NCBI GenBank assembly: GCA_963751455.1
Contig: CAVVUN010000008.1
Location: 160,001 to 224,000, forward strand
Source: Nitrospirota bacterium
GTDB lineage: Bacteria > Nitrospirota > UBA9217
Direction of reading: 5' to 3'
Length of the DNA stretch: 64,000 nt
Shown here: positions 20,275 to 29,149 of the stretch, piece by piece
Numbering within the stretch: position 1 is the first letter of the stretch
Layout: each line of letters opens with the position of its first letter
Position numbers and translations under genes: made by a program
The notes under the pieces: generated by a model
Told to the model about the DNA's origin: nothing
The model's input: only the letters and a program-made list of their open reading frames with translations
Database searches by the model: none

Positions 20275-20410
20275 ACACGGAAACAGCGGATCAAAACAAT
20301 GTGATAGAGCAAAAAGCCATCTCGCCTTTTGGGTGAATCCATTACTGTTCGTAACTTCCTATAAATCCGTGTTGATCAGATTTTATCCGTGTCCAACTGC
20401 TTTTTTCAGG
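20247..20410. mobile_element. MITE family C (IS1380-like CCT ends), copy 1, in the 3' end of mnmA
   Basis: CCTAAAAAAGGCATTT / AACTGCTTTTTTCAGG ends; 5-bp TSD ATTAT. Confidence 0.8.
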
Positions 20411-20440
20411 ATTATTGAGAAGTCATGTGCAAGTTTACGT

Positions 20441-20788
20441 CTATAAAAAATCAATCATATAAGATGATATCCCGCCCTTGTGCTCCTTGGCGTATATTCT
20501 CAGTGCTGTTGCTACCGCGCGGAAATTATCTCCACGGTAGGAATGGGGAATAATAAGGACTCCGTGATGGGGGCGGTGTTCATTGAAAAACTGAACCGTG
20601 AGCCGGATGAAATCGTTTCTATTCCTGGTCACCATGCAGAGTCTTTGAGCAGCCGAATATTCCAGCTGATCGAGATCGGTTGCCTGGACCATGCCGACCT
20701 CATGTGCGCTTGCCGCGTCGATTTTTTCCTTTCTGAGCAATTGGGCGATCACGGGACTCAGGTCTTCATCCAGATAATATCTGATCAC
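20441..20788 (-). CDS. DUF5615-type PIN-like toxin
   Basis: YYLDEDLS, D..QLEY, VTRNRNDF, H.GVL. Confidence 0.85.
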   Translation of the reverse strand: MIRYYLDEDLSPVIAQLLRKEKIDAASAHEVGMVQATDLDQLEYSAAQRLCMVTRNRNDFIRLTVQFFNEHRPHHGVLIIPHSYRGDNFRAVATALRIYAKEHKGGISSYMIDFL

Positions 20789-21204
20789 GACTTACCCGCT
20801 GCCAGAAAAGGATATTTTTGTTTGATCTTTTCCGGCGACCACTGCTCGTTCGCCGCAATGAGTTCATCTATCTCTTCGGAATACAGCGTATTATACCCTA
20901 TCGCCGCTTTGATCTGCTGCTCCGTAAGCCAGTGATAGGACTGCGCAAGCCTTTTGATGCTCTTCCCCAGGCTTTTGTATGTCGCAATAAGTTCCCAGAC
21001 CTCTATACCGGTGCCCGCAATCCTGGCCCTCCTCCCGCTTACCCCTTCGGAAAAAATAATGCCCGGACAGCGATGCGCCTTGATTGCCTCTTCCAGCAAT
21101 TCATTCGTGACCGCTGTAAAATCTCTTTTGGTCTCTTTGGATATCTCGTCTATCTCCCGAACGATGCCCTCGGAAAGCCTCAGGCTCTTCTGTAATGTCG
21201 GCAT
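20785..21204 (-). CDS. RHH plus DUF433 antitoxin
   Basis: QKSLRL RHH-like N-terminus; ARIAGTGIEVWEL..YHWLTEQQIKAAIGY; ATGA overlap with toxin. Confidence 0.85.
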   Translation of the reverse strand: MPTLQKSLRLSEGIVREIDEISKETKRDFTAVTNELLEEAIKAHRCPGIIFSEGVSGRRARIAGTGIEVWELIATYKSLGKSIKRLAQSYHWLTEQQIKAAIGYNTLYSEEIDELIAANEQWSPEKIKQKYPFLAAGKS

Positions 21205-21251
21205 TTCAGACTCCCTTTATTCTATAGATCGGCAATACTTAGCCTGTTTAA

Positions 21252-21280
21252 ATATTACATTGTAATACAAAGAATGTCAA
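21252..21280 (-). promoter_or_regulatory. Sigma70 promoter with overlapping palindromic operator of the TA operon
   Basis: TTGACA-N17-TAATAT on the minus strand; TATTACA-T-TGTAATA palindrome at 21253-21267. Confidence 0.65.
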
Positions 21281-21401
21281 TGGGTTTTACTCCAGTAACG
21301 GGTCCCATTTGGGTATCAGTTGGAAAAACTTATCGTGCAGTTCGGAATTAGTACCAAGGACGAGGAGTAGGCCAGAAAGCATCAAACGCGGTTTCCGGTT
21401 T

Positions 21402-21821
21402 TCAGGGGTGCAGCATTTCGATTCCGTCAATACTCTTGAAATGCTTTCGATCAAAGGTATAGACGACCCGGACCCCGGCCGTTTTGGCAAAGGAGATAAT
21501 CCACGCGTCTATGAAATCGATTGTCCCGTCCCGATACAGGGTGATGGCCTCGGAGACGACAAGCTTCTCACTCACTTCGACTCCATGCGTATGCAGGATC
21601 GCGTTCAGGAGCGGCACGATCTCACTGCGTTCGAGTTTGTAAAAACTCTGCAGGACCCAGACCAGCTCGGCGATCACGACAGAAGGAATGAGGAGTCTGA
21701 CCTCTCCCTGCGCCGCCTTGAGAAGGAGGCGCTTGACATCGTGTGCCTTGGACGGATCGTCTTCCGTCAGATAGCGGACGAGAAGATTGGTATCTATGAC
21801 GGCGCGCTTGCTATCGTCCAC
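21402..21821 (-). CDS. vapC: VapC PIN-domain toxin
   Basis: IDTNLLVRYL, V.AELVWVL, DFIDA, YTFD. Confidence 0.9.
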   Translation of the reverse strand: MDDSKRAVIDTNLLVRYLTEDDPSKAHDVKRLLLKAAQGEVRLLIPSVVIAELVWVLQSFYKLERSEIVPLLNAILHTHGVEVSEKLVVSEAITLYRDGTIDFIDAWIISFAKTAGVRVVYTFDRKHFKSIDGIEMLHP

Positions 21822-22068
21822 CGCGCTTGCCCGCCTTTTTTCCGACATATGTTCTGGCTGTTTCACGGATGGTATCGGCATCGGCCGGCCTGGCCCGCCC
21901 CTTCAGATACCCTTGATAGTCCAGAAGGGATTGAGCGGGCTTGATCACGATCTTGTCATCCTCCTGCTCGAAAACAACCACGCCTCCCTCCCGGAGATGC
22001 AGCAGCTCCCGCACTTTTTTAGGAAGCGTAATCTGGCCTTTCGACGTTATCTTCGCCGTAACAGTCAT
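21811..22068 (-). CDS. AbrB/MazE/SpoVT-family antitoxin
   Basis: AKITSKGQITLPKKVRELL. Confidence 0.9.
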   Translation of the reverse strand: MTVTAKITSKGQITLPKKVRELLHLREGGVVVFEQEDDKIVIKPAQSLLDYQGYLKGRARPADADTIRETARTYVGKKAGKRGGR

Positions 22069-22185
22069 TGCTCTTCTCCTTACTTTGCCTCTATATCCTT
22101 ACTTATTATTGTAACCAATGCCGGGGAAATTATCAAGGGGAAAACCAAGTACGCGGTGGGGGGCAGTGTGAGAAGAGAAAAGCGG

Positions 22186-22254
22186 GTAGGTCGGGTAGAG
22201 CAAGGCGAAACCCGACAAAGGCTGTTGGGTTGCGCTACGCTTAACCCAACCTAC
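22186..22254. repeat. GTAG-family REP doublet (REPIN-like)
   Basis: GTAGGTCGGGTAGAGC..AAACCCGAC and inverted GTTGGGTT..AACCCAACCTAC; second copy at 23684-23745. Confidence 0.75.
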
Positions 22255-22561
22255 GGGCTGACCGGCTTTTTCCGACTCCTTGTTCGACGTTTTTTTACCG
22301 CGCGGGAAACTTTGGCGACCTTCCTTCTCACTATGCTTTTTCCTCCCGGTTTTTTCACTCCGCCAGTTCAAAGAGCCAAAGGGGCAGACAGAAAAGCAAG
22401 CCTGATGGGCACCCTTTACATGGACGAGCCGGTGAAGGGCTTTGCTTTTTTCATTTCGTCCGGCAGCAACATTCAAGACGCAACCCTATGAGTTCCCCTT
22501 CGTGTGCACACCACCTGCTCGCCTTTTCCCTTCCCCTCTCCCGCCGCTAAAAATTTCCATT

Positions 22562-23422
22562 TCATTTTTTCTTTCGGCTTTTTTTCGGGGACAATGACTT
22601 CTTTACAGCCGGAGGCAAAAAGTTCTCTCCGGTTATGACTTTTTTCCCCGTCTTTGCTTCAAGTTCCCGCCTTGCTTTCTTGGCGATTCCGCCGCCTGTT
22701 TTGCCGGCAACCTTGTTTTCTTTCATTCCGACGGCCTTCATGGTCTCCGCTATTTGTCGGGTGGACAGCTCGGCAAGGGCCGTAAAAATCAGTTCGGCTT
22801 CGCTCATGTGGTCTCTAAGGTTTTGTGTCTTCAGCCCCTTCATCGCCTTGTGCTTTTTTACGGACACATCCGCCCATTCTCGGTGGATGATGTTCGTCAA
22901 AATGGCGTATTCCTCTTCCTCTTTAATATCATGATCTTTCCAGTAATCCGTCAGCTTATTGCGGGTCTCCTGCCCCATCATCCGCTGCTGAATCCACTTT
23001 TCGCTTCTTCCATGCTGTTGCCAATATTCCCGCGCCCGGTCAAGAGACCGAGCCGGGTCCGCCATGTCCTGCATCCGTTCATAGCCGACCTTCGCCAGCC
23101 ATAGTTTGATCGGTTCCGCCTTGGGGCTGGGTACGGACTGGATCAGGCGGAGAAGCGTTTCAGGATCGGCAACATCAGTAATGTATTGCTTCCCGTCGGC
23201 AGCCTTCAATTTCAGTCGGTGACAATTTGTCACCGACTGACTTCCTTCCTTATTCAGCCGTTCTTTCAGTTTATTCCAGTATTTCCGAGCTGTCTGATAA
23301 TCCGGCTGCTGTATCAGAGCCTGAATAATATCGACAACAGAGAAATACCACGTTTCTGTCTCCTCATCATAAATTCTGCGGATACTATAATTTTCAAATA
23401 CGGCAAGCGATTTATCAATCAT
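22562..23422 (-). CDS. Bro-N domain protein (antirepressor-like)
   Basis: WYFSVVD, RKYWNKLK.RL, TDVAD.E.LLRLIQS.PSPKAEP.KLWLA, NLRDHM. Confidence 0.88.
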   Translation of the reverse strand: MIDKSLAVFENYSIRRIYDEETETWYFSVVDIIQALIQQPDYQTARKYWNKLKERLNKEGSQSVTNCHRLKLKAADGKQYITDVADPETLLRLIQSVPSPKAEPIKLWLAKVGYERMQDMADPARSLDRAREYWQQHGRSEKWIQQRMMGQETRNKLTDYWKDHDIKEEEEYAILTNIIHREWADVSVKKHKAMKGLKTQNLRDHMSEAELIFTALAELSTRQIAETMKAVGMKENKVAGKTGGGIAKKARRELEAKTGKKVITGENFLPPAVKKSLSPKKSRKKK

Positions 23423-23477
23423 CTTTCGGTCCTTTGTCCCTTACCTAAGTCCCTTCCTTAACCTGGCCCCATGGTTT

Positions 23478-23682
23478 GGCCATCAATTTCAACTGGTGAC
23501 AATTTGTCACCGATTGATTTCCTTCCTTAGTGGCGCCCTCTCCGGCAGGAGCCGGAGGCTCCCTTTAATAACGCGACCTCCCGCGGACTACGGCGCATTA
23601 CCCCCGGCAGGAGCCGGGGGATTGCAAGTCGCGGGATTCAGCCGTTCCTTTAGCCTGTCCCAGTACTTCCGCGCAGTCTGAT
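23478..23682 (-). pseudogene. Fragment of a second Bro-N gene, interrupted by the twin-hairpin element
   Basis: With the element removed it reads YQTARKYWDRLKERLN|KEGNQSVTNCHQLKLMA, matching the intact gene. Confidence 0.85.
23529..23635 (-). mobile_element. Twin-hairpin non-autonomous element, copy 2
   Basis: Inserted at CGGCTGAAT|AAGGAAGG; the empty site is present in the intact gene at ~23244-23260. Confidence 0.88.
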
Positions 23683-23683
23683 A

Positions 23684-23745
23684 GGGTAGAGCAGCACGAA
23701 ACTCAGCAAAGGCCGTTGGGTTACGCTACGCGTAACCCAACCTAC
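23684..23745. repeat. GTAG-family REP doublet, 5'-truncated
   Basis: GGGTAGAGC..GAAAC..AAAGGC..GTTGGGTTACGC..AACCCAACCTACGGGCT. Confidence 0.7.
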
Positions 23746-23756
23746 GGGCTACAAAT

Positions 23757-23924
23757 GAAGTATTTGTAAAAAGTCGGAATTACCTCTTTTTCGTCATACC
23801 GACGAATGGAGCCTGCCCCGGCATGCTTGTAGCCGGGAGTATCCAGTCTTCTCAATGAGCTCAATAAGTTCTGTGATTCCTAGACCCGGTTTTCACCGGG
23901 GAGACGACTTTTTACGAGACCATC
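23757..23924. mobile_element. MITE family A copy with CGTCATACCG..ATCCAG palindromic core
   Basis: TTTGTAAAAAGTC / GACTTTTTACGA ends; flanks ACAAAT / ACAAAC. Confidence 0.75.
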
Positions 23925-23959
23925 ACAAACGGGGGTAGCTCAATTCCGATCTAATTGAG

Positions 23960-24052
23960 ATTCCCGTTCAAACCATTGATGAGCCGCGCTATCTTGTGAT
24001 CGGCACGATAGAGGGGAAACACTGGTCGGGAGTCATCACCTATCGAGGCGAT
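23960..24052 (+). pseudogene. BrnT-family toxin fragment
   Basis: TIDEPRYLVIGTIEGKHWSGVITYRGD. Confidence 0.7.
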
Positions 24053-24218
24053 CCGCGAGCTGCCTGCGGTTTCAGTCGGTGACAATTTGTAACCGACTGA
24101 CTTCCTTCTTTTAAAGAAAAGTAACCTCTCCCGCCGTCTGACAACAAATGAGATTCGACCCTACACGTTATTATTAATCGGGTTGAGAACGGTGTCCCAC
24201 CGAAGTTCCGGATCTAAA

Positions 24219-24521
24219 TCATATTAAAACGGGTTCGCTCAACATCCGGCGTCCGTGGACCACGGTTACAATTAATACGGTTTCAGTGTCTCCGGAATAG
24301 CGGTAAATTACTCGATAATTATCTATGATTATCTCACGATGAGGAAGGTGCGGAAATTCAGGAATATGACGGCCGGATTCAGGAAACTGGATAAGTCTCT
24401 CTGCAGACTGGTATATCCTCTCTGCCTGGTGCCTGGCGTACTCATGTGAATCCCGTGCGATATAGTCGTAGATGCTCTCCAAGTCCGAGATGGCTGCGTC
24501 GCCCCATATCAGTTTTGCCAT
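24219..24521 (-). CDS. RelE/ParE-family toxin
   Basis: W...A.SDLESIYDYIA.DS, FPESGR..PE, YRVIY, VHGRR. Confidence 0.9.
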   Translation of the reverse strand: MAKLIWGDAAISDLESIYDYIARDSHEYARHQAERIYQSAERLIQFPESGRHIPEFPHLPHREIIIDNYRVIYRYSGDTETVLIVTVVHGRRMLSEPVLI

Positions 24522-24697
24522 TTCTTCGACAACCTTTTCATGGTTTCATCGTGTGAAAGGGTCTTCCCTTCTTTAATAGCGGCCTCGCCCGATTCGATTT
24601 TCTGAAGCAGATAGAGACGGTACATGACCTCTTCGATATCCACAGTATCAGGCAATTCCTTAATGAGTGTCTCCAGCTTTTCTTTCGTAACGTTCAT
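24509..24697 (-). CDS. Cognate antitoxin
   Basis: LPD..DIEEVMYRLY..QKIE.G..GK.LSHDE; overlaps toxin start; GGAGG RBS. Confidence 0.8.
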   Translation of the reverse strand: MNVTKEKLETLIKELPDTVDIEEVMYRLYLLQKIESGEAAIKEGKTLSHDETMKRLSKKWQN

Positions 24698-24779
24698 TAT
24701 ATGACCTCCTGCCTCTCACATCTAACGATATTCTTACTATATCATAGCCAAGATTGCGCCGGCTTAAGAAAGCGGAGCT

Positions 24780-25001
24780 TCATGTGCGCCGGTGCCTGTC
24801 CATTACTTCCTGAGAGGATACGGTGGGAATAGTGCCCGCCTTGTAGGCGGTCCATCGTTTGCGGGCCTCTTCAGCCCAGATTCGGTCTATCTCAGGGTCC
24901 GGCTTATCGAGGTCGGCAAGAATTACATCCGGCAATCGCAACTTTTCCACATCCGGCAAAGAACGGATCTCCGAAACAAGCTTTTCTGTGGTTTTGGTCA
25001 T
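24780..25001 (-). CDS. Orphan putative addiction-module antitoxin
   Basis: LP..EKL..LADLD.PDPEIDRIWAEEARKR..AYKAG; no toxin follows. Confidence 0.75.
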   Translation of the reverse strand: MTKTTEKLVSEIRSLPDVEKLRLPDVILADLDKPDPEIDRIWAEEARKRWTAYKAGTIPTVSSQEVMDRHRRT

Positions 25002-25037
25002 ATCAGCAACTCCTTTGCGAGAAAGCATAAGCCTTCT

Positions 25038-25088
25038 GTTCAACTGCGCTTATTATAGGCTTTTCGCGCATGACGCGCAATAAGCCTC
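25038..25088 (-). other. Possible truncated attC (right half)
   Basis: Minus strand hairpin GGCTTATTGCGCG..CGCGAAAAGCC then ATAATAAGCGCA GTTGAAC core just ahead of a TA gene; left core missing. Confidence 0.4.
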
Positions 25089-25126
25089 CACGACGCCAGA
25101 CTCGAGTTTATGGCAGGTCCATATTT

Positions 25127-25327
25127 GACGAGTTTGTAAAAAGTCACACTGAGTGTCTTTGCGAGCAGGTCCCTCGTTCGTCATTACGAGCGTAGCGAAG
25201 CAATCTCGGTTTCAACACTCGGGATAAACTCCGCAATCTCGCCTTTCGTAACCGCCTGAAAAATCGAGATTGCCACGTCGCTCCGCTCCTCGCAATGACG
25301 GCCTAAAAGACTTTTTACGAAACCATC
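25127..25327. mobile_element. MITE family A copy with GTCATTxCGAG..CTCGCAATGAC core
   Basis: GACGAGTTTGTAAAAAGTC / GACTTTTTACGAAACCATC ends; perfect 6-bp TSD ATATTT. Confidence 0.85.
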
Positions 25328-25476
25328 ATATTTATTATTCTATCGAAAAGTACCGGTTTCAGTGCTGATAACATCGCCGGTGACCCGTCTACCAAGCACT
25401 GCCCGGCAAAGCACTTTCAGAACGAACGTCCCCTCAGTTCTCTCGATACTCTTTTCTCATTTCTTCTTTTTTAGCC

Positions 25477-25686
<210 letters not shown>

Positions 25687-25700
25687 TTAAGAAAAAGATC

Positions 25701-25994
25701 CTATTTCAACCTGTCAATCCAGTAGTCCGGTTGCCGATGTAAATGCGCAAATGCGAGAACGACTATTTTGTCATCTTGAATGGAATAGAGAATCTTATAT
25801 GGGAACTTGTGGACGATGTATCGCCGGATTTCCTTGCGCTCCGGCGGCCATGCTTGAGGATATTGTTGAATGCGGAGAAGGGAATGCCTGATTTGTTCCT
25901 CGAATTGGGATCCTAAGCCGCATTGTTCTGTCTCGTAAAATTCCTTGGCCTCATTATATTCCCGATGGGCAATTTCGAGAATCTCCATTGTCAT
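25701..25994 (-). CDS. RelE/ParE-family toxin
   Basis: EA..FYE....GLG..F, P.AW, RRY...KFPY.ILY, AFAH..RQPDYW. Confidence 0.9.
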   Translation of the reverse strand: MTMEILEIAHREYNEAKEFYETEQCGLGSQFEEQIRHSLLRIQQYPQAWPPERKEIRRYIVHKFPYKILYSIQDDKIVVLAFAHLHRQPDYWIDRLK

Positions 25995-26197
25995 TTGGCG
26001 AACATATCCTCGAATGAGACCGTTTTAATTTTGCCGGCCTTGTACGCCTTGAGTCTTTTCTCTGCCTCAGCCGCCCAAATCTTTTCAATCTTTGGATCGG
26101 GGATGTCAAGGCTGCGAAGCAATGCTTCGATGAGAAGAGTTTTTTCCGCTGGCTTAAGGGTTAAGGCCTTTGAAATTAAAGTTTTTGTTGGGCTCAT
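25991..26197 (-). CDS. Putative addiction-module antitoxin
   Basis: ALTL.P.EK..L.E.LL.SLD..D..IE..W..EAEKR..AYKAG; ATGA-coupled to toxin. Confidence 0.85.
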   Translation of the reverse strand: MSPTKTLISKALTLKPAEKTLLIEALLRSLDIPDPKIEKIWAAEAEKRLKAYKAGKIKTVSFEDMFAK

Positions 26198-26276
26198 GTT
26201 TACCACCTTCGCAATTCATTAATTCACTTCTGTTCTGATGCAATTATATCAATATGGAACCTGTTAATCAATCGGT

Positions 26277-27182
26277 TTATTCCTCGGTAAAGTAATCGGA
26301 GTCAATCTTCTTCAAATCATACGTTGCAATTGTGGACACCCCAACATTGTGATCGATCATCAACTCGGCGAGAGTTTCGCCGTCAATCAGCACAAGTTTA
26401 GTGTCGACGCGAGAGACGTAGTCGATTGCTTCACTTGAGAAATCGGACGTGGCAATGAAAAGCCCTTTTTTCGCACGCTGCCCTGTTAACGCCCCGACAA
26501 ACTTCTGAATTTCCGGTCGCCCGACAGTATTCTCCCACCGTTTCGCCTGAATGTAAATCGTGTCCAATCCGAGCTTGTCCTCTTTTATTATTCCGTCAAT
26601 CCCTCCGTCGCCGCTTTTCCCGATCGCTTTGCCTGCATCCTGTCGCGTTCCGCCATATCCCATTTTTACGATGACTTCCACTACAAGGCGTTCGAAGAAT
26701 GCCGGAGAAGAGGATTTTAAGCGTTGCAATAATTCCGTGGCAAGGTCTTGCCGAATCTTTTCGTATGCGTTTTCCAGTGTCTCCTCCGGCGTGGCAGGTT
26801 GCTCATTATCAGAATCATCCGTTTCGGTTTTTACTCGTTTTGTGTTTCTGAATTGCACATATTCCGGGAATTGGAAAAGATATTTTAAGTTGATAGCCGA
26901 TGGTTTCTTTTCAAGGACCTCCAGTCCTCGCTCAGTTATTTTAAATACGCCTCGCTTCGGACTCTCCAATAAGCCCGCCATTTTCAAATGTGATTTCGCC
27001 CAAGCCAATCTATTGACGAAGATCCCCTGAGTCCCGCTCGGCAGGAGAGCCTTCCTCTCGTCGGTCGTCGATTTAAACGTGGCAGCCAATGCATCAGCCG
27101 TTTCACTGGTGTTGTGCTCCCTCCCGTCGCGGCAGTACTGCATCAGCGGCAGCATTATGGATTGAAAATCAGGGATCGCCAT
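26277..27182 (-). CDS. mrr: Mrr type IV restriction endonuclease
   Basis: MAIPDFQSIMLP Mrr_N; SP.FFERLV, DGGIDGII.ED.LGLD.IYIQAKRW. Confidence 0.95.
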   Translation of the reverse strand: MAIPDFQSIMLPLMQYCRDGREHNTSETADALAATFKSTTDERKALLPSGTQGIFVNRLAWAKSHLKMAGLLESPKRGVFKITERGLEVLEKKPSAINLKYLFQFPEYVQFRNTKRVKTETDDSDNEQPATPEETLENAYEKIRQDLATELLQRLKSSSPAFFERLVVEVIVKMGYGGTRQDAGKAIGKSGDGGIDGIIKEDKLGLDTIYIQAKRWENTVGRPEIQKFVGALTGQRAKKGLFIATSDFSSEAIDYVSRVDTKLVLIDGETLAELMIDHNVGVSTIATYDLKKIDSDYFTEE

Positions 27183-27277
27183 TTAATCTCCTTTGTATGT
27201 TTCGCTCGTAGGGATAAATTGCCGGCCTGTGAATATCTTATAAATTCTGCTGGGCATGATGAGGCATTTTGCCCAAC

Positions 27278-27559
27278 CTACCGGCTTGAAAAAGACCAGA
27301 TCAGACCTACAACGAGGGGAACAGAAAGTAGAAGCCAGCCGCCAAGTGCCACGATACAGCCAGGCGTCTCCTCGGTTATAGAAGGTTTGCTGAAACCGAT
27401 GAAGCCGGTATACCCACCCATTGCCTCACTAAACCATATGCATGCGAGAGGAAAAAGGAGGAATATGAAAAGCCGCAATGCAAGCTCTCCGCCGCCGGTA
27501 GCGTAGGCAATAATCAGATAAATGAGTGCAATAGATCCTGAGATAATCTTACTTTTCAT
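27278..27559 (-). CDS. Small membrane protein (cassette-like)
   Basis: Three hydrophobic segments; preceded by GTTAGAT core and the attC-like site. Confidence 0.65.
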   Translation of the reverse strand: MKSKIISGSIALIYLIIAYATGGGELALRLFIFLLFPLACIWFSEAMGGYTGFIGFSKPSITEETPGCIVALGGWLLLSVPLVVGLIWSFSSR

Positions 27560-27579
27560 TTTAAAGAATCTAACTACAG

Positions 27580-27640
27580 GTTCAACGCGTGGATAAGTCG
27601 CGGCGCTTCTCCGCGACGATCTTGATCCGCTGGTTGGAAT
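27580..27640 (-). other. attC-like integron cassette recombination site
   Basis: Minus strand: TTCCAAC-CAGC-GGAT[C]AAG..inner GTCGCGG/CCGCGAC stem..CTTATCC-ACGC-GTTGAAC; extrahelical base present; 15 nt after a stop codon. Confidence 0.75.
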
Positions 27641-27655
27641 CATCTCTCGCCGACC

Positions 27656-28318
27656 TTAACGCATGGGCCATGCCATAAGTGATAAGCCAAAGACAGCCAT
27701 ATCGACATCAGCAGCGCGTGGCAAAGACGACACATGCTGTTTGCGTATTTCCCTATATTGGTTTATGTATTCGCTTGCTCCCATTTCATCAATGATATCG
27801 AATGTCACACGTAAATCCTTGGCTTGGCGAAGTTTAGCCTCGTCTACCGCCCTGCGCACGTCCCAATTGTTTTTCTTTAAGAATCCCAACATCGCGGCCA
27901 CACGCCAGTCAATAACGCCCCATTTATCAGGCCAAAGAAATCTCAAAACAGATGTCGCAACCTTTGCGCGTTTCTGTCCTGTCTCATCATCACGTGATGA
28001 ACCAAAGCCTTTCAATTCCATGATGGCAAGGAGCGTTTCGATATCATTAGTCGATTTAGTGGCGGCGTTTATAGCATTCCAGATTTGAGTATCAGAATTA
28101 CGACAAGCATTGCCCATTCTTTGTTGTAAACAACCTGCTTTCCACTTTTCGATCTCAATTAGCAATTGACGGACTTCTTTCATAGCGGGTACAGGTGGAT
28201 TAGCATCGTATTGTTTGATTAGCTGTAGAATGTGCTCGGCTTCTTTTTCGAGACGCAATGTCCACTGATAGTCACCGGAAACCGTCATATAATGCTCTAA
28301 ACCATCGTGTAGCACCAT
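27656..28318 (-). CDS. Hypothetical protein with HhH DNA-glycosylase-like motifs
   Basis: MELKGFG..VATSVLRFLWPDKWGVIDWRV..Y..ADVDMAVF; lower GC than core genes. Confidence 0.65.
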   Translation of the reverse strand: MVLHDGLEHYMTVSGDYQWTLRLEKEAEHILQLIKQYDANPPVPAMKEVRQLLIEIEKWKAGCLQQRMGNACRNSDTQIWNAINAATKSTNDIETLLAIMELKGFGSSRDDETGQKRAKVATSVLRFLWPDKWGVIDWRVAAMLGFLKKNNWDVRRAVDEAKLRQAKDLRVTFDIIDEMGASEYINQYREIRKQHVSSLPRAADVDMAVFGLSLMAWPMR

Positions 28319-28445
28319 GATGTACCTTTCTCTGAAATTTCCTTAGAATGCGGGACTCGAATGATTCGTTATCAGTTTATGACTTCTAGGAATCTTGAAC
28401 TCATCCATCCAGCTTTCGATGCATTGGCGTCATTATGATATCTCG

Positions 28446-28985
28446 TTACCTGATTTGCATATAACTTTGACTCTCTGGGCCTCCAAATAAAATAACCGGC
28501 TCTGGTCCTTCACCTACATCTTTTATAGCTGAAATGAGGAACTTCTGAGATTGGCGTCTAAGACCAGATGAAAGCGTTAATGTAACAATATGCTGCCCAT
28601 CTCCGGCCCAAGTGTGATTTTTATTATCTCCCCAGTATGGATAACCCACAGGAACTTTTTTAGATACTCGCCTAGGAAAAGTAACCACTCGAATTTCTTT
28701 GATTAAATTCTTTTCGGTATATGGAATAACCTCCTGTCTTATCACGAAGCTGTTCTTTGCGTGATCTATGCCCGCATATTGAGTTACCTCAATCGTACAA
28801 CTCACATCTTTCAATTTGGATAAGAAGCGAAGATGAATTATGGCCTCGTACCAAGACTTTTCATTCTCGACCTTGCTAGCCAACACAAAGTTTTCAACGT
28901 TAGCAATCTTACTTCGTTCCTTTATCCAGCTTCGAAGTTGGGAGCTATCATTAAAAGCATCCGCATACACTATACCCAAGAGCAA
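28446..28985 (-). CDS. Low-GC hypothetical protein (start uncertain)
   Basis: 179-aa AT-rich ORF co-oriented with island genes. Confidence 0.55.
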   Translation of the reverse strand: MLLGIVYADAFNDSSQLRSWIKERSKIANVENFVLASKVENEKSWYEAIIHLRFLSKLKDVSCTIEVTQYAGIDHAKNSFVIRQEVIPYTEKNLIKEIRVVTFPRRVSKKVPVGYPYWGDNKNHTWAGDGQHIVTLTLSSGLRRQSQKFLISAIKDVGEGPEPVILFGGPESQSYMQIR

Positions 28986-29149
28986 TGTTAAGTGGACCCC
29001 TCTGTCAAGACAATAAAGGGGTGAGATTAAGATGGTAACCGACCAAGCCGCAGCTGCATGGCGCTGCCCCGGTTTCTACCTCTCCCTGAGGTTCTTTTCG
29101 CTCTTTGAATTTATCCACAATGACGCCGTCGATCTTATTTTTTTTTAAA

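Noticed and set aside
22099-22491. Lys/Arg-rich ORFs between abrB and the Bro-N gene
   Set aside because: They cross a REP doublet and have no recognisable motif; probably debris.
22562-23422. Prophage inferred from the antirepressor-like gene
   Set aside because: No integrase, structural or replication genes nearby.
29111-29119. Perfect DnaA box TTATCCACA as a replication origin
   Set aside because: Single box, with no cluster or dnaA context.
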